DNA of 64,000 nt from an uncultured Candidatus Saccharibacteria bacterium (GCA_964493895.1 CAZBPY010000003.1:15176-79175), one strand, 5' to 3'; positions 26,836-37,449 are shown, counted from the first letter of the stretch. Notes: generated by a model not told the origin, from the sequence alone. Made by a program: numbers and translations.

Positions 26836-28620
26836 CTACTCTATTGTAACTCGTTTTTCACGGATCGCCCAGTTCTGAACATTGGCAAAGCGATCAGTCG
26901 CCGAGTTAAAGCCTGTCGGCTCAAACCCATAAACCTTTTCGGTAGTCACATACAAAAACCTGGGTTGAAACAAGGCAATGGCCGGAGCATCCTTGCGCCA
27001 CTGGTCTAGCATTGGTTTATACTTTGGTATCCTCAACACCGGATCCACCCGGCTGCGTCCACCTTCGAGCCCAGTGTCAACCACTTCCGACTTATACTCA
27101 GCCAAGTTCAAGCGCTGGTCAGCACTTGGATCAGCCTGGCTGGAGTGCCAATAGGCATAAATGTCCGGATCATTACCCAGCGAGACTCCATAAAGCAAGG
27201 CATCGTAGTTGTGGAAAGCGATGGTCGATTGCAGCTCGGCATCCGGCTGTAAGACAACGTCAACCTTCACCCCTACATCGCGCCACTGCTTTTGAATCAT
27301 GCTGGCTACATAGGAGTACTGGTCGGAGCTGCGTGATACTAACTGAATTTGCAGAGGTTGTCCGGCTTTAAGGCGAATGCCGTCTTTGCCAACGGTCCAA
27401 CCATTGCTTTCCAGTAACTTTTTCGCTTCACCTGGGTTGTAGGGTAACTGGATTGAACTTGGGTCGTAACCTATATGACTGCGCAACAGCAGACTGTCAG
27501 CCTTGATGACCGGATAGCCAAGTCCGGCAATGATGGCATCGGTGTTGGTAGCCTGGGTTAGAGCTTGGCGGACAGTTACATCAGATAAAATTGGCGCACT
27601 GTTCTTCAAAAATATCATCACCTCTCCGGCTAGTGGCACATTATATCTATCGATTCCATCGGTATCGTGAAGCTCCTGGGGCAATACGTCTAAGCCAGCT
27701 GCTGCCGTAATTTCACGATGGACCAATGCGGCACTGAGCGACTCCTCGCTACGAAAAGCTCGAATGACAAACCGATCCAACTGAGGTCGGCCCTGGTAGT
27801 ATTGGTCGTAGTTGACTAACCCAACCTGCTCTTCTCTGGTCTCAGGAGTATTACCAACGACCTGCACAGCATCCCATTTGAACGGCCCTGATCCAACCGG
27901 GTTAACAGTATTAAAATTGCTGGAACGCAAACTTGATGAAGGCACGCCTTCCAGAATGTGTTTCGGCACCAATCCGGTCGTTAGGGTGTGCGGGAATGAT
28001 GCCAAGCCGTGCGGCAAGGTAAATTTGATGGTTCGATCATCCAGGGCTTCAATCTTGACATTTTGCCAGATAGGCAAAAGCGGTGACTTGGCATCAGGGT
28101 TTTGTATGGTCTTGAAGGTAAAGGCAGCGTCATCAGCTGTCAATTGCCTGCCGTCATGCCAGAAGACATCATCACGCAAATAGGCTGTGTACTCAGATGC
28201 TTGGGGATTGGAATCCAACTTGTAAGCAATGTCACCGACCAACTGATTGTTACTGTCGTACTGCATTAACCCAGAGAAAACCAAACGCGATACCGCAGCA
28301 TCAACTGGGCCAGTGGCATACAGCGGGCTGGCATTGGTAAATGCCCCTACTATACCCTCCGTGTAGGTGCCCCCTGGGGCTGGGCCATCGACTTGATAAA
28401 AGCGGGTCAATCCTCTGGTTTGAGCCACTACACTACCGGCCAGCAAGACTAGTAATAGCAGCCATCCAAGAATAAAACGCCGAACACCGACAATGTGATC
28501 AAGCCGCTTAAACAAATATCGGTCCAAACCTTTTTCGGCTTGTTGACCCAATTCCTGAGCCTGGTGCTTGCTCCTCTTAACACGTCTGCGGATCCGTAAT
28601 TTTTGTACGCGACTAATCAT
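26836..28620 (-). CDS. ABC transporter substrate-binding protein, family 5 (peptide/nickel-type), membrane anchored
   Basis: N-terminal TM anchor and SBP family 5 architecture. Start set at MISRVQ to avoid overlap with secG. Confidence 0.6.
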   Translation of the reverse strand: MISRVQKLRIRRRVKRSKHQAQELGQQAEKGLDRYLFKRLDHIVGVRRFILGWLLLLVLLAGSVVAQTRGLTRFYQVDGPAPGGTYTEGIVGAFTNASPLYATGPVDAAVSRLVFSGLMQYDSNNQLVGDIAYKLDSNPQASEYTAYLRDDVFWHDGRQLTADDAAFTFKTIQNPDAKSPLLPIWQNVKIEALDDRTIKFTLPHGLASFPHTLTTGLVPKHILEGVPSSSLRSSNFNTVNPVGSGPFKWDAVQVVGNTPETREEQVGLVNYDQYYQGRPQLDRFVIRAFRSEESLSAALVHREITAAAGLDVLPQELHDTDGIDRYNVPLAGEVMIFLKNSAPILSDVTVRQALTQATNTDAIIAGLGYPVIKADSLLLRSHIGYDPSSIQLPYNPGEAKKLLESNGWTVGKDGIRLKAGQPLQIQLVSRSSDQYSYVASMIQKQWRDVGVKVDVVLQPDAELQSTIAFHNYDALLYGVSLGNDPDIYAYWHSSQADPSADQRLNLAEYKSEVVDTGLEGGRSRVDPVLRIPKYKPMLDQWRKDAPAIALFQPRFLYVTTEKVYGFEPTGFNSATDRFANVQNWAIREKRVTIE

Positions 28621-28630
28621 ACCACCTCTG

Positions 28631-28846
28631 TTATGCCAAGACGATGCTAAGCAAAATCGAAGCCGCAAACACAAAGGCTACGATAATAGTTAGCTGAAAA
28701 ATCGTCTTGTCAGAACCCCGCCGAACAGTATTAATCTCTGAACCACCGCCAAAGCCAGCCCCCAAGGTTGCTCCACGGACTTGAATCAAAATAAGAATGG
28801 TCATCAGTATGGCGCTTACGACTGTTGTGTAACCTAGAAAATCCAT
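28631..28846 (-). CDS. secG: Preprotein translocase subunit SecG
   Basis: Two TM helices with a Gly-rich loop LGAGFGGGSEINTV. Confidence 0.7.
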   Translation of the reverse strand: MDFLGYTTVVSAILMTILILIQVRGATLGAGFGGGSEINTVRRGSDKTIFQLTIIVAFVFAASILLSIVLA

Positions 28847-29236
28847 TTACCTCTCCTCTAAAATAGTCGTCACTAAATAGTTTACCAGCCCGATGATAAT
28901 TCCAGCAATAAGAGCCGATCCAAAACTCTCAACATTTAAGTCGCCGTATAGATGGCTGGCTAGTAAGACCATAAGGGCATTGATGACAATCATAAACAGC
29001 CCCAGACTAAACAACAATGCCGGCAAGGCCAACAGAACAATGATCGGCTTTATGACGGTGTTAATTAAGGCCAGAACCAGACCTGCCACCACAATCACGC
29101 CCAAGCGATTATCATAAGTAATTCGATCAGGCCCAAGTATGCTAGCAGCTATCCATAGACCAAGGCCGCAGACAAACCAGCGGACTACAAATCGAGCAAT
29201 TGGGTTATTCATAATGCTTATTCTATTGTAGGCCAT
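28847..29236 (-). CDS. YvlD / phage-holin-4_2-like small membrane protein
   Basis: Four TM helices of about 125 aa, with the VINALMVLLAS-type pattern of this family. Confidence 0.5.
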   Translation of the reverse strand: MAYNRISIMNNPIARFVVRWFVCGLGLWIAASILGPDRITYDNRLGVIVVAGLVLALINTVIKPIIVLLALPALLFSLGLFMIVINALMVLLASHLYGDLNVESFGSALIAGIIIGLVNYLVTTILEER

Positions 29237-30444
29237 CAGAGAAGCGGGGGCAAATTCTTGCTAAGCAAGCGGCTACCGTTTTTGGTTACCAGGATGTCGT
29301 CCTCAATGCGAACGCCAATATTCTCTTCGGGGATGATGATGCCCGGCTCGACTGCCAGCACCATGTTTTCGGCAAACTCGGTGTGATAATCACCAATGTC
29401 ATGGGTGTCCAGGCCTAGGTAGTGCGAGGTGGCGTGAGGGAAATACTTACGAATGGCTTTTCGAGACCGGACTTTAATCAGACCCAACTTTTTGAGCTCG
29501 TCACCAACAAACTTTTCAACCATTTTTTCGTATTCGCGGAAAGCCACGCCCGGCTTTATCAGACTGATGGCATAATCATGAGCCCTCAGACAGGCCTGTA
29601 AAACGGCTTGTTGTCTTTTGGTAGCTCTGCCCACCGGCAAAGTCCGGCTAATATCGGCGGCGTAATTATTAACCTCGGCGCCGGTGTCGATTAACAGCAG
29701 CTGGTTTTTGTAAATTTTGCCGCCATTGGCAAAACTATGAACCAGGGTTGCTTCGGGGCCGCTGGCTACTATGGTCTGAAAGGCATTGCCACGGGCACCC
29801 ATACGAACATACTCGTAATCCAGCCAAGCCACAGCTTCATAGGAGTATTCAATTTTCGGCAATCGACGAATTAGTGACTTAATAGCTGTTTCGGTTATCT
29901 CAATTGCCCGCTGTATTTCGGCAATCTCCTCTGGTTGTTTGATCATTCTCAGCTGCACAAAGGCTTCTCGCACATCGCGGGTTTTGAGGCCGGGATTGGT
30001 ACGGCGCAGACGTTCTTTAAGGTGGCGCCGAGCCGGATTGCTGTAAAAATCATAAAACCTGACAAACCGGGCCAGCGGCTCTAGGATCATCACCTCACGA
30101 ATATCTTTCAGTTTTTGGTTAAGCGGCGGCCAACCCTGAGCCTCGGTCAGAACTGATTTAATTCCAGAGGTTTTCTTTAGTTGCTCAACATCAATGCGAC
30201 CATCAAAGATGTTGCGAATCTCATCACGTGGCGGCAGGATCAGATATTCCCGCTCATCGTCCATTACCAGAATAATGTCCGGTTCGTCAATGCCGGTTAG
30301 GTACCAAAAATTGCTGTCCTGGCGAAAAGGATAAGTCGTATCGCCGGTGCGTTGCATCAGCCCGTTTGCGGTAATGATAATTAGTCCGGAGCCCACCGCC
30401 TCACGTAACTTGCGCCGGTTATTTACAAAAAACGAAGCTTTCAT
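29236..30444 (-). CDS. Xaa-Pro aminopeptidase (M24B family)
   Basis: Pita-bread fold metal-ligand motifs (HATSHYLGLDTHD, VLAVEPG). Confidence 0.8.
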   Translation of the reverse strand: MKASFFVNNRRKLREAVGSGLIIITANGLMQRTGDTTYPFRQDSNFWYLTGIDEPDIILVMDDEREYLILPPRDEIRNIFDGRIDVEQLKKTSGIKSVLTEAQGWPPLNQKLKDIREVMILEPLARFVRFYDFYSNPARRHLKERLRRTNPGLKTRDVREAFVQLRMIKQPEEIAEIQRAIEITETAIKSLIRRLPKIEYSYEAVAWLDYEYVRMGARGNAFQTIVASGPEATLVHSFANGGKIYKNQLLLIDTGAEVNNYAADISRTLPVGRATKRQQAVLQACLRAHDYAISLIKPGVAFREYEKMVEKFVGDELKKLGLIKVRSRKAIRKYFPHATSHYLGLDTHDIGDYHTEFAENMVLAVEPGIIIPEENIGVRIEDDILVTKNGSRLLSKNLPPLL

Positions 30445-31910
30445 GTTTTTGACTTCTTCTGCGCCCGGATGTACTGCTTTAGTATAGCGGCTTTTTTGAC
30501 TCCGACAACCTTTTCTAGTTCGCCGCTCCGAGCTTCCATAATACGTTTCATAGATCCAAAATGCCGCAGCAATTTTTGGCGACTGATCGGTCCGATGGTT
30601 GGAATGTCGTCCAGGAAACTGGCGGTTTGGCGCTGGCGCTTTAAAACCGTGTGGTAACTGACTGCAAATCTATGTGATTCGTCGCGGATTCTCTGCAGCA
30701 GCTTAACTATGTGTGACGACTTCGGCAACAACTGCATTTGAAAGCCATTATCGGTTTTTATAACGATTTCTTCCTCGCGTTTGGCCAATCCAATCATCGG
30801 AATATGCGAATAGCCGGCCTTATCTCTTGCCGCCAAAGCCGCACTGAGTTGCCCTTTGCCGCCATCAATCAAAAATAGATCTGGCAGCTTCCATTGCTTG
30901 ACATTTTTAGGACTAAGCCGGCGTATAATGGCTTCATTCATGTGAGCAAAGTCGTCGTTGCCAGGAATACGCATCTTGAATTTTCGGTACTCGGCCTTGT
31001 TAGGCAAGCCATTGGTGAAAACTACCATGCTAGCGGTGGTATCGGTGCCGCTCATGTGTGAAATGTCATAGCCCTCGATACGGCGCGGCGGCGCGGCTAG
31101 CCCCAAGAGATCGGCCAATCCGGCCAGGCCTTCGTCTTTACTGAGATCCATAAACTCGCGGTCACTAAACACGATCTGTCGAGTCAACCCCTTCAGAGCA
31201 AACAACTGCTTTTTCAGCCGCGCCGCCTCCTCGAACTGCTTAGCCTTAGCGGCTGCCATCATGTCACGTTCGACCTGGCTGATCAGAACCTTTCGCTCAC
31301 CCTTAAAGTACTGCATCAGCTTTCGTAAGTTTGCCCGGTAGTCTTTAACGTCGGTTTTACCTTCCTCCAAACCAGGGCACAGGCCCAGATGATACTGCAA
31401 ACAGGCTCGCTTTGGCACAACACCAGTGTGAGTCGAAAAAGGAAAAGCTCGCCGAAGATACTGTAAGGCTTTTTTAATGCTAAAAACATTAAAATACGGC
31501 CCAAAATACTTGGCTCCGTCATCCAGTGGCCGCCGGGTTATAGTCACTGTCGGATGCTCAGAGTTGTAATCGACCCGGATATAGCCGCTGCTTTTGTCAT
31601 CGCGCAGCAGAATGTTGTATCGTGGCTGGTAGCGCCGGACCAACTCGGCCTCCAAAAATAGGGCATCGAGTTCGGTTTCAACCGTAATCCAATCCAGGTC
31701 AGCAATCTCAGCTACCAGGGCTTCGGTCTTTGGATCCGGTGCCCGGCCCTTTTGAAAATACTGCCGCACCCGATTACGCAACCGGGCCGCTTTACCAACA
31801 TAAATAATTTTGCCGGACTTATTTTTGTACAAGTACACGCCCGGTTCCATCGGCAGGTCCTTTAGTCGGTCAGTATTAAACTTCTGATTCATGTTGAGCT
31901 CTTTTGGCAA
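30441..31910 (-). CDS. uvrC: Excinuclease ABC subunit C; likely true start is ATG 31892 (MNQKFNTDRL...)
   Basis: GIY-YIG domain (GVYLYKNKSGKIIYVGKA), UvrC RNase H-like domain and C-terminal HhH. Confidence 0.85.
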   Translation of the reverse strand: MPKELNMNQKFNTDRLKDLPMEPGVYLYKNKSGKIIYVGKAARLRNRVRQYFQKGRAPDPKTEALVAEIADLDWITVETELDALFLEAELVRRYQPRYNILLRDDKSSGYIRVDYNSEHPTVTITRRPLDDGAKYFGPYFNVFSIKKALQYLRRAFPFSTHTGVVPKRACLQYHLGLCPGLEEGKTDVKDYRANLRKLMQYFKGERKVLISQVERDMMAAAKAKQFEEAARLKKQLFALKGLTRQIVFSDREFMDLSKDEGLAGLADLLGLAAPPRRIEGYDISHMSGTDTTASMVVFTNGLPNKAEYRKFKMRIPGNDDFAHMNEAIIRRLSPKNVKQWKLPDLFLIDGGKGQLSAALAARDKAGYSHIPMIGLAKREEEIVIKTDNGFQMQLLPKSSHIVKLLQRIRDESHRFAVSYHTVLKRQRQTASFLDDIPTIGPISRQKLLRHFGSMKRIMEARSGELEKVVGVKKAAILKQYIRAQKKSKT

Positions 31911-31930
31911 TATACCTTAAAAGATATATT
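31909..31930. repeat. AT-rich palindromic repeat element, copy 2 (AATATACCTTAAAAGATATATT)
   Basis: Abuts the trhO stop codon and lies 16 nt upstream of the uvrC ATG. Confidence 0.6.
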
Positions 31931-32871
31931 CAAGTTCTACCTGCGTGTCTGGTCCTGCCAGCTGGAGCGGCCGGGACTTGAGTTTGCCGGTGAAGTTTTT
32001 GGCACTGGAGCTTTTCGCAAACTGGTGTTTGACGCTCGAGGCAAGTGGCGCAAATTAGCACCAGGCGATTGCAGGCCTTATTACTGCAGTTCTCATAATT
32101 GCTAGTCTTGTTCGAGCAATGGACGCAATCGCCAATATCTTTGGATTTTTCAGAAAAGCGCTGCACCATCCGATCATCAAAAATGTGCAAAGCCCCTTCC
32201 CACAAACCATCGTCACCATATTTTTCACCGTACTTAACTATGCCGCCGTCGAGCTGATAAACCTCTTTAAAACCACGATTTTTCATTAATGCCGACAATA
32301 TTTCGCAACGAATCCCGCCCGTGCAATATGTCACCACTGGCTTGTCTTTTATGTCATCGTACTTTCCCGACTCCAACTCCCGAACAAAATCATGTGTCGT
32401 TTTAGTATCAGGTACCGCGGCGTTTTTGAACTTGCCAATTTTAGCTTCGTAAGCATTCCGGCCATCGAAAAAAACTACGTCATCGCGTCGTTTTTCAACC
32501 AATTTATGAACTTGAGCCGGCTTGAGATGCTTGCCGCCACCTTTGACACCTTTTTCGTCAACCTCAATTTCATCCGGCCGGCCAAAGGCTACCAATTCTG
32601 GCCGGACTTTGACGCTCAACCGAGGAAAATCATCACCTGACCCTTGGCTCCACTTATAAGTTATTCCCTTAAAAATAACCGATTTGTTCATCTCCGACTT
32701 ATATTGACGCAAGGATTTTAGCGGCCCGCCTAAGGTTCCGTTGATGCCGTGTTTACTGATGATAACCCGACCCTTGAGGCCCAGACGGGTACAAAGTTCG
32801 CGTTGCCAACGCATAGTCATTTCCGGATCAATTACCGGCACAAACTTGTAGTATAGAATCACCTTTTCCAT
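31930..32871 (-). CDS. trhO: tRNA uridine(34) hydroxylase TrhO (rhodanese-related, UPF0176/YceA)
   Basis: Rhodanese active-site CTGGIRCE and the YceA-type N-terminus. C-terminal Cys cluster. Confidence 0.8.
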   Translation of the reverse strand: MEKVILYYKFVPVIDPEMTMRWQRELCTRLGLKGRVIISKHGINGTLGGPLKSLRQYKSEMNKSVIFKGITYKWSQGSGDDFPRLSVKVRPELVAFGRPDEIEVDEKGVKGGGKHLKPAQVHKLVEKRRDDVVFFDGRNAYEAKIGKFKNAAVPDTKTTHDFVRELESGKYDDIKDKPVVTYCTGGIRCEILSALMKNRGFKEVYQLDGGIVKYGEKYGDDGLWEGALHIFDDRMVQRFSEKSKDIGDCVHCSNKTSNYENCSNKACNRLVLICATCLERQTPVCEKLQCQKLHRQTQVPAAPAGRTRHAGRT

Positions 32872-32901
32872 AGACTGTTATTCTAGCAAAGCACCTCTGT
32901 T

Positions 32902-32930
32902 TTGTCATCATTTGACATAAGTGCTATAAT
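32902..32930 (+). promoter_or_regulatory. Sigma70-type promoter: -35 TTGTCA, 17-bp spacer, extended -10 TGcTATAAT
   Basis: Near-consensus elements about 190 nt upstream of the ABC exporter start. Confidence 0.55.
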
Positions 32931-32963
32931 TGTAGGATTGTAAAAGTAACGGAGAGGCGACAG

Positions 32964-33035
32964 ATGTACCACGTACAAAATTCAATCATGATCGACACGT
33001 TTGTCGCTGAGCAAACTTGCGCATATGTGCGCTAA
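32964..33035 (+). CDS. Candidate 23-aa upstream ORF / leader peptide (MYHVQNSIMIDTFVAEQTCAYVR)
   Basis: GGAGAGG SD 6 nt upstream of the ATG. Lies in the 5' leader between the promoter and the ABC gene. A GC hairpin (gcgcatatgtgcgc) overlaps its last codons. Confidence 0.35.
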   Translation: MYHVQNSIMIDTFVAEQTCAYVR

Positions 33036-33116
33036 GCTGCCTCCCGGACTCTCGTACACTAAAACCCAAAATTCCCAAAATCCCCACCAACTAACCGCAG
33101 CAAGGAGCCTGCGAAT

Positions 33117-34875
33117 GTCATTATCTAAACGAACTGTAAAAATTTACTTTCAAGCCAATTGGCGCCGCAAAAAACTATTTTTCGGGGCAATTTTTGGCTG
33201 GACTGCTGGTTTTATACTTCAGCGTCTAGTAGTGCCAATTGTCATTGCCAGGGCTTTCGACAAGCTGATTGAGCATCAGGGCAACGTTGATTTTTCGATG
33301 TTTAAAGATGAAATCGGATTGTTCGTACTGGCCGCGCTTACTGCTCAAGCCTTGATAGATGGCGGGCTCTTCACCCTCAGCCGACTTGAGTATCGTGTGA
33401 TGGAGGAATTTTATGACAAGATTTTCGCTAAACTTTTAAGCCATAGCCAGAATTTTCACAACAATTCATTCACGGGTGCCTTAGTGAACCAAGCAAACAG
33501 ATTTGTTAGTGGATATGTAACTGTAACAGACACCTTTGTTATGAGCTTCTTCCAGCTGTTTGTTTTAGTGGTTTTATCATCTGTTGTGTTGCTATTTCTA
33601 TCGCCGCCTCTGGGCGTCATCATAATTACTTGGTCGCTTATCTTTGTGGTGATTAATTACCGACTGACAAAGAGACGGGTTGCTGCTGGTAGAGAAAGGG
33701 CTAGGCGGGACTCCATCCTGACTGGCAATCTTGCCGACAGCATCAGTAACATTAGCGCCATCAAAGCAACAGCCGCAGAAGCCTACGAGAAAAAGGCCTT
33801 CAATGTCAATGTTCGGGCTAAGGTTATGGCCAATTTAAGATACTGGGATTTGACGGTTACCAATGACATATTTTATGGCATATTAATGGTGTTGCTGCAG
33901 TTCACGGTTCTGATAGCCTGTATTTTCCTCATGAAGAACGGAAGTATTACTGCAGGTGTATTAATTTTGTCACAGATTTACATAACACAAATCATTAACA
34001 GTCTGTGGAATTTAAGTAGTGTTCTAAAGAACCTGGAACAAAGCCTATCTGATGCTGCAGAAATGACAGAAATTCTTGACCTGCCAGCTTCGGTCTTTGA
34101 TTCCCACAATGCCAAAGAACTAAGAGTTAAAAACGGCGAGATAACTCTTGACCATATTGATTTCACCCATGCCGACAATCAAGAAGCTTTGTTTAAAAAC
34201 CTCTCAGTAAGTATTGTCGCCGGTGAAAAGGTTGGCCTGGTCGGACGAAGTGGTGGTGGTAAAACAACCATAACTAAATTGTTGCTAAGATTTTCTGACA
34301 TCCAGGGAGGCCAAATTCTGATTGATGGTCAGAATATTGCCGAAGTAACCCAAGAAAGTCTGCGTAAAAGCATCTCCTATGTCCCTCAAGAACCGTTGCT
34401 CTTTCACCGATCACTCGCTGAAAACATCTCTTATGGTAAGCCTGAAGCCAGCCAAAAGGAAATCGAACGCGTCGCAAAAATGGCTCATGCCCACGAGTTC
34501 ATCAAGGATTTGCCGCAAGGTTACGACACCCTGGTCGGCGAACGTGGTGTAAAGCTGTCGGGTGGTCAGCGTCAGCGTGTTGCCATAGCCCGGGCCATGA
34601 TTAAAGATGCCCCTATTTTGGTCCTGGACGAAGCCACTTCAGCCCTGGACTCCGAGAGTGAGCTGCTAATTCAGGATGCTCTCTGGAAATTGATGGAGGG
34701 TCGCACTGCGATTGTTATTGCTCACCGTCTAAGCACCATCCAAAAGATGGACCGGATAATTGTTATGGACAACGGCGAGATCGTTGAACAGGGCACTCAT
34801 AAAGAACTGATTGCCAAAAAAGGTACGTACGCCGATTTATGGAAGCATCAATCTGGAGGCTTTATAGATGAATAA
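33117..34875 (+). CDS. ABC transporter ATP-binding/permease protein (type I exporter half-transporter, MsbA-like)
   Basis: Six TM helices, Walker A GRSGGGKTT, signature LSGGQRQR, Walker B ILVLDEATS. Start taken at the ATG with AAGGAG SD rather than the upstream TTG at 33001. Confidence 0.8.
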
Positions 34876-36676
34876 CCGCACTGATGCCATAAAAAGAAAC
34901 ATCCAGCTAATTGTACGGATGTTGGGAACAGGTTTTAAGTTGCGTCCAGCTGGGGTGATTCTCTATTTCGCTGGAGCAATATTGGAGATTGGAGCATTCA
35001 TTGGCTCGGTTTATGCAACAGCTCGACTTGGTGCCTTGCTGGCTGCTTTCATTACTAGCGGTAATACCGAGGGCATTTGGTTCTGGCTGTGGGTTGATAT
35101 TGTCGCCGCCTTAATAATCGCTCTTGGCCACTTTGTTATGGGATACGCCAAGCGATTGATGTACTTCGCTTTTGTTCGCTGGTCGACCAATAGTTACCTG
35201 GCCGCGCTATCTCGACTAGATATTGAAGATTTTTACGATGAAGAACGTCGAAACTTAATCAACAAAGTCGGTAGCGCCTATAGCTGGCAAATTCCTAACT
35301 TGATGGAAATGAACCTGGACCTGATTTACGGAATTATGAGGTTCTTAGCAATCACTATGGTGGTGGCCCAAATTACGTGGTGGCTGGTTCCTTTGATCGC
35401 TCTTTTCTTGGTGCCAACTTTAATTGCCGAGAGTCGGATGGCTAAGTTGCAGTGGTTTGTCTGGGATCAAAAAGGTGATGAGCGCCATATTTTCTGGGGC
35501 CTTGATTGGATAATCAAGCGGGCTCGGGGGCAAATGGAGCTTCGTAGTACCCAGGCTACAAATTATATGCTTAACAAAATCGATAGCATGAACAATGACT
35601 TCTACTCAACTCAGGAACGAGAATTCAACAAAGCTTCGAAAATCAGCTTGCCAACCAGATTTCTAGAAGTAGTTGGAACTTCGATAGGCTCGATAGTGTT
35701 ATTAAAACAATTACTATCGCGGACGATACCACTCGATCGATATTTCTTCCTTTCAGGAGCTTTGCTGCGGGTCGGCGGTGCTTTAAATGCTATATTTATG
35801 ACCTTATCGCGCATGCAAGAATCATTGTTGTTCGCCGACAGTTATTTCAGCCTAGCGGACTTCAAGCCTAAACTAGTTGACCAGCTCAGATCGATCGACC
35901 TTCCGATCGATGGCCAAGCACCAACAATTGAATTTAGAAATGTTTACTTCACCTATCCTGGCCACAACCAGCCGGTGTTTGAAAATCTTAACCTAAAAGT
36001 TGGGGCCGGAGAGCATGTAGCATTAGTGGGCGAAAACGGAGCTGGCAAGACTACATTAATTAAGTTGTTACTACGTTTTTACAAACCAACTTCGGGTCAA
36101 ATTTTAATCAACGGACACGATTTGCAGGAGTTATCGATTGAATCTTGGTACAACCACATAGCGACTTTGTTCCAGCAATTTAACGAGTATCCCTTCCCGA
36201 TTGACGAGAATATCTATGTTGGTCGTTCGACAGCCAAACCAGATAAGAAGGCTCTGAAAGAAGCAGCTGACTTTGGTGGTGTGAGTAGTTTTGTTAAACG
36301 TTACAAGCACGGTTGGGACACAGTTTTGGACAGCAGTTTTAAAAATGGTGTTGAGCCAAGTGGCGGCCAATGGCAGCGCGTTGCTTTGGCTCGAGCCTTC
36401 TACCGCCAAGCCAGTGTTCTAATTCTAGATGAGCCAACTTCTGCCATCGATGCCCGAGCCGAGTACGATATTTTCAACAATATCTTCAAGCATTTTCAAA
36501 GCAAAACTGCCTTGATTGTCAGCCACCGTTTTAGTACCGTTCGCCGGGCTGACCGAATTATTGTAATCGACCGGGGCAAAATCATTGCCGAGGGCAGCCA
36601 TCAAGAATTAATGCACGATAAAAAGGGAATGTACTACGACCTATTCACCAAACAGGCTGAAGGCTACTTAGACTAG
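34868..36676 (+). CDS. ABC transporter ATP-binding/permease protein (second half of a probable heterodimer)
   Basis: Six TM helices, Walker A GENGAGKTT and a degenerate signature PSGGQWQR. Start overlaps the upstream gene by 8 nt. Confidence 0.8.
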   Translation: MNNRTDAIKRNIQLIVRMLGTGFKLRPAGVILYFAGAILEIGAFIGSVYATARLGALLAAFITSGNTEGIWFWLWVDIVAALIIALGHFVMGYAKRLMYFAFVRWSTNSYLAALSRLDIEDFYDEERRNLINKVGSAYSWQIPNLMEMNLDLIYGIMRFLAITMVVAQITWWLVPLIALFLVPTLIAESRMAKLQWFVWDQKGDERHIFWGLDWIIKRARGQMELRSTQATNYMLNKIDSMNNDFYSTQEREFNKASKISLPTRFLEVVGTSIGSIVLLKQLLSRTIPLDRYFFLSGALLRVGGALNAIFMTLSRMQESLLFADSYFSLADFKPKLVDQLRSIDLPIDGQAPTIEFRNVYFTYPGHNQPVFENLNLKVGAGEHVALVGENGAGKTTLIKLLLRFYKPTSGQILINGHDLQELSIESWYNHIATLFQQFNEYPFPIDENIYVGRSTAKPDKKALKEAADFGGVSSFVKRYKHGWDTVLDSSFKNGVEPSGGQWQRVALARAFYRQASVLILDEPTSAIDARAEYDIFNNIFKHFQSKTALIVSHRFSTVRRADRIIVIDRGKIIAEGSHQELMHDKKGMYYDLFTKQAEGYLD

Positions 36677-37365
36677 TTTTCGTCAGACGATTTTTCTTCT
36701 GAGTCTTTGCTGTCGTCATCGGACTTGTCGTCCTCGGCATTTTCCTCGCCCTCGGCACCTTCTTCGCCTTCGGCAGCTTCTTCAGCTTCGGCTTCTTCAG
36801 ATACTTGGGCTGGTGTTTCTTCAACGATAGCTACGCCGTGTTCGGGTTCGGTCAAAACTGTAATGCCACTTGGCACTTGCAGGTCGGCCACGCTGATGCG
36901 GTCGCCAATTTCGGCTAAGCCTTCAACACTGACTTTAATCTCATCAATCAGGTCGCGCGGCAAGGCTTTGACCTGGACATGGTCGAGTTGGCGAATGACC
37001 ATAAGTCCAGCTTTTTCGGCCGGAGCATCACCTTCAAAAACAATCGGTACTTCGGTTTCAACTTCTTCGTCTTGGCGAATAGCACTAAATACGATATGGC
37101 GAATTTGGTGCTTGCGCGGTTCAAAATCAACATCTTTAATAATCGTCAAAAATTTTTGCCCGTCAACCGATACATCAACGGCATGGTGCTTGCCAGCGGC
37201 ATCGTACAGCTTGACCAGATCCTGATAATTACCCTGAGCAATAACCGACGCTTGTCCGTGGTTATGAATAACAACCGGGACCTTGCCTGCCTTCTTCAGT
37301 TGGCCGAGACCTTTGCCCACCGTTTCGCGCTTTTCGAGCGATATAGTAATTTGGTCGTTACTCAA
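36673..37365 (-). CDS. rplY: 50S ribosomal protein L25 / general stress protein Ctc form, with an acidic tail
   Basis: bL25 beta-barrel N-domain plus Ctc-type C-domain. TTG start with GGAGG SD. Confidence 0.8.
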   Translation of the reverse strand: MSNDQITISLEKRETVGKGLGQLKKAGKVPVVIHNHGQASVIAQGNYQDLVKLYDAAGKHHAVDVSVDGQKFLTIIKDVDFEPRKHQIRHIVFSAIRQDEEVETEVPIVFEGDAPAEKAGLMVIRQLDHVQVKALPRDLIDEIKVSVEGLAEIGDRISVADLQVPSGITVLTEPEHGVAIVEETPAQVSEEAEAEEAAEGEEGAEGEENAEDDKSDDDSKDSEEKSSDEN

Positions 37366-37391
37366 TGTTTCCTCCTTTAAGTTTGGCTTGT

Positions 37392-37400
37392 ATTATAGCA
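37392..37400 (-). promoter_or_regulatory. Extended -10 TGCTATAAT for rplY (divergent from the dedA promoter)
   Basis: Located about 25 nt upstream of the rplY SD. Confidence 0.4.
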
Positions 37401-37431
37401 TAGAATCAGCCGGTTTTTGACCTGTTAGCCA

Positions 37432-37440
37432 TGCTATACT
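37432..37440 (+). promoter_or_regulatory. Extended -10 TGCTATACT, 9 nt upstream of the DedA ATG (leaderless-type)
   Basis: No SD. The ATG sits about 7-9 nt after the -10. Confidence 0.4.
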
Positions 37441-37449
37441 AACACTTAC

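Noticed and set aside
33001-33116. Upstream TTG start for the first ABC transporter
   Set aside because: Lacks an SD and overlaps the uORF in another frame. The ATG at 33117 has AAGGAG at ideal spacing.
36707-37225. 172-aa Ser-rich + strand ORF
   Set aside because: Antisense shadow of rplY, with low-complexity composition.
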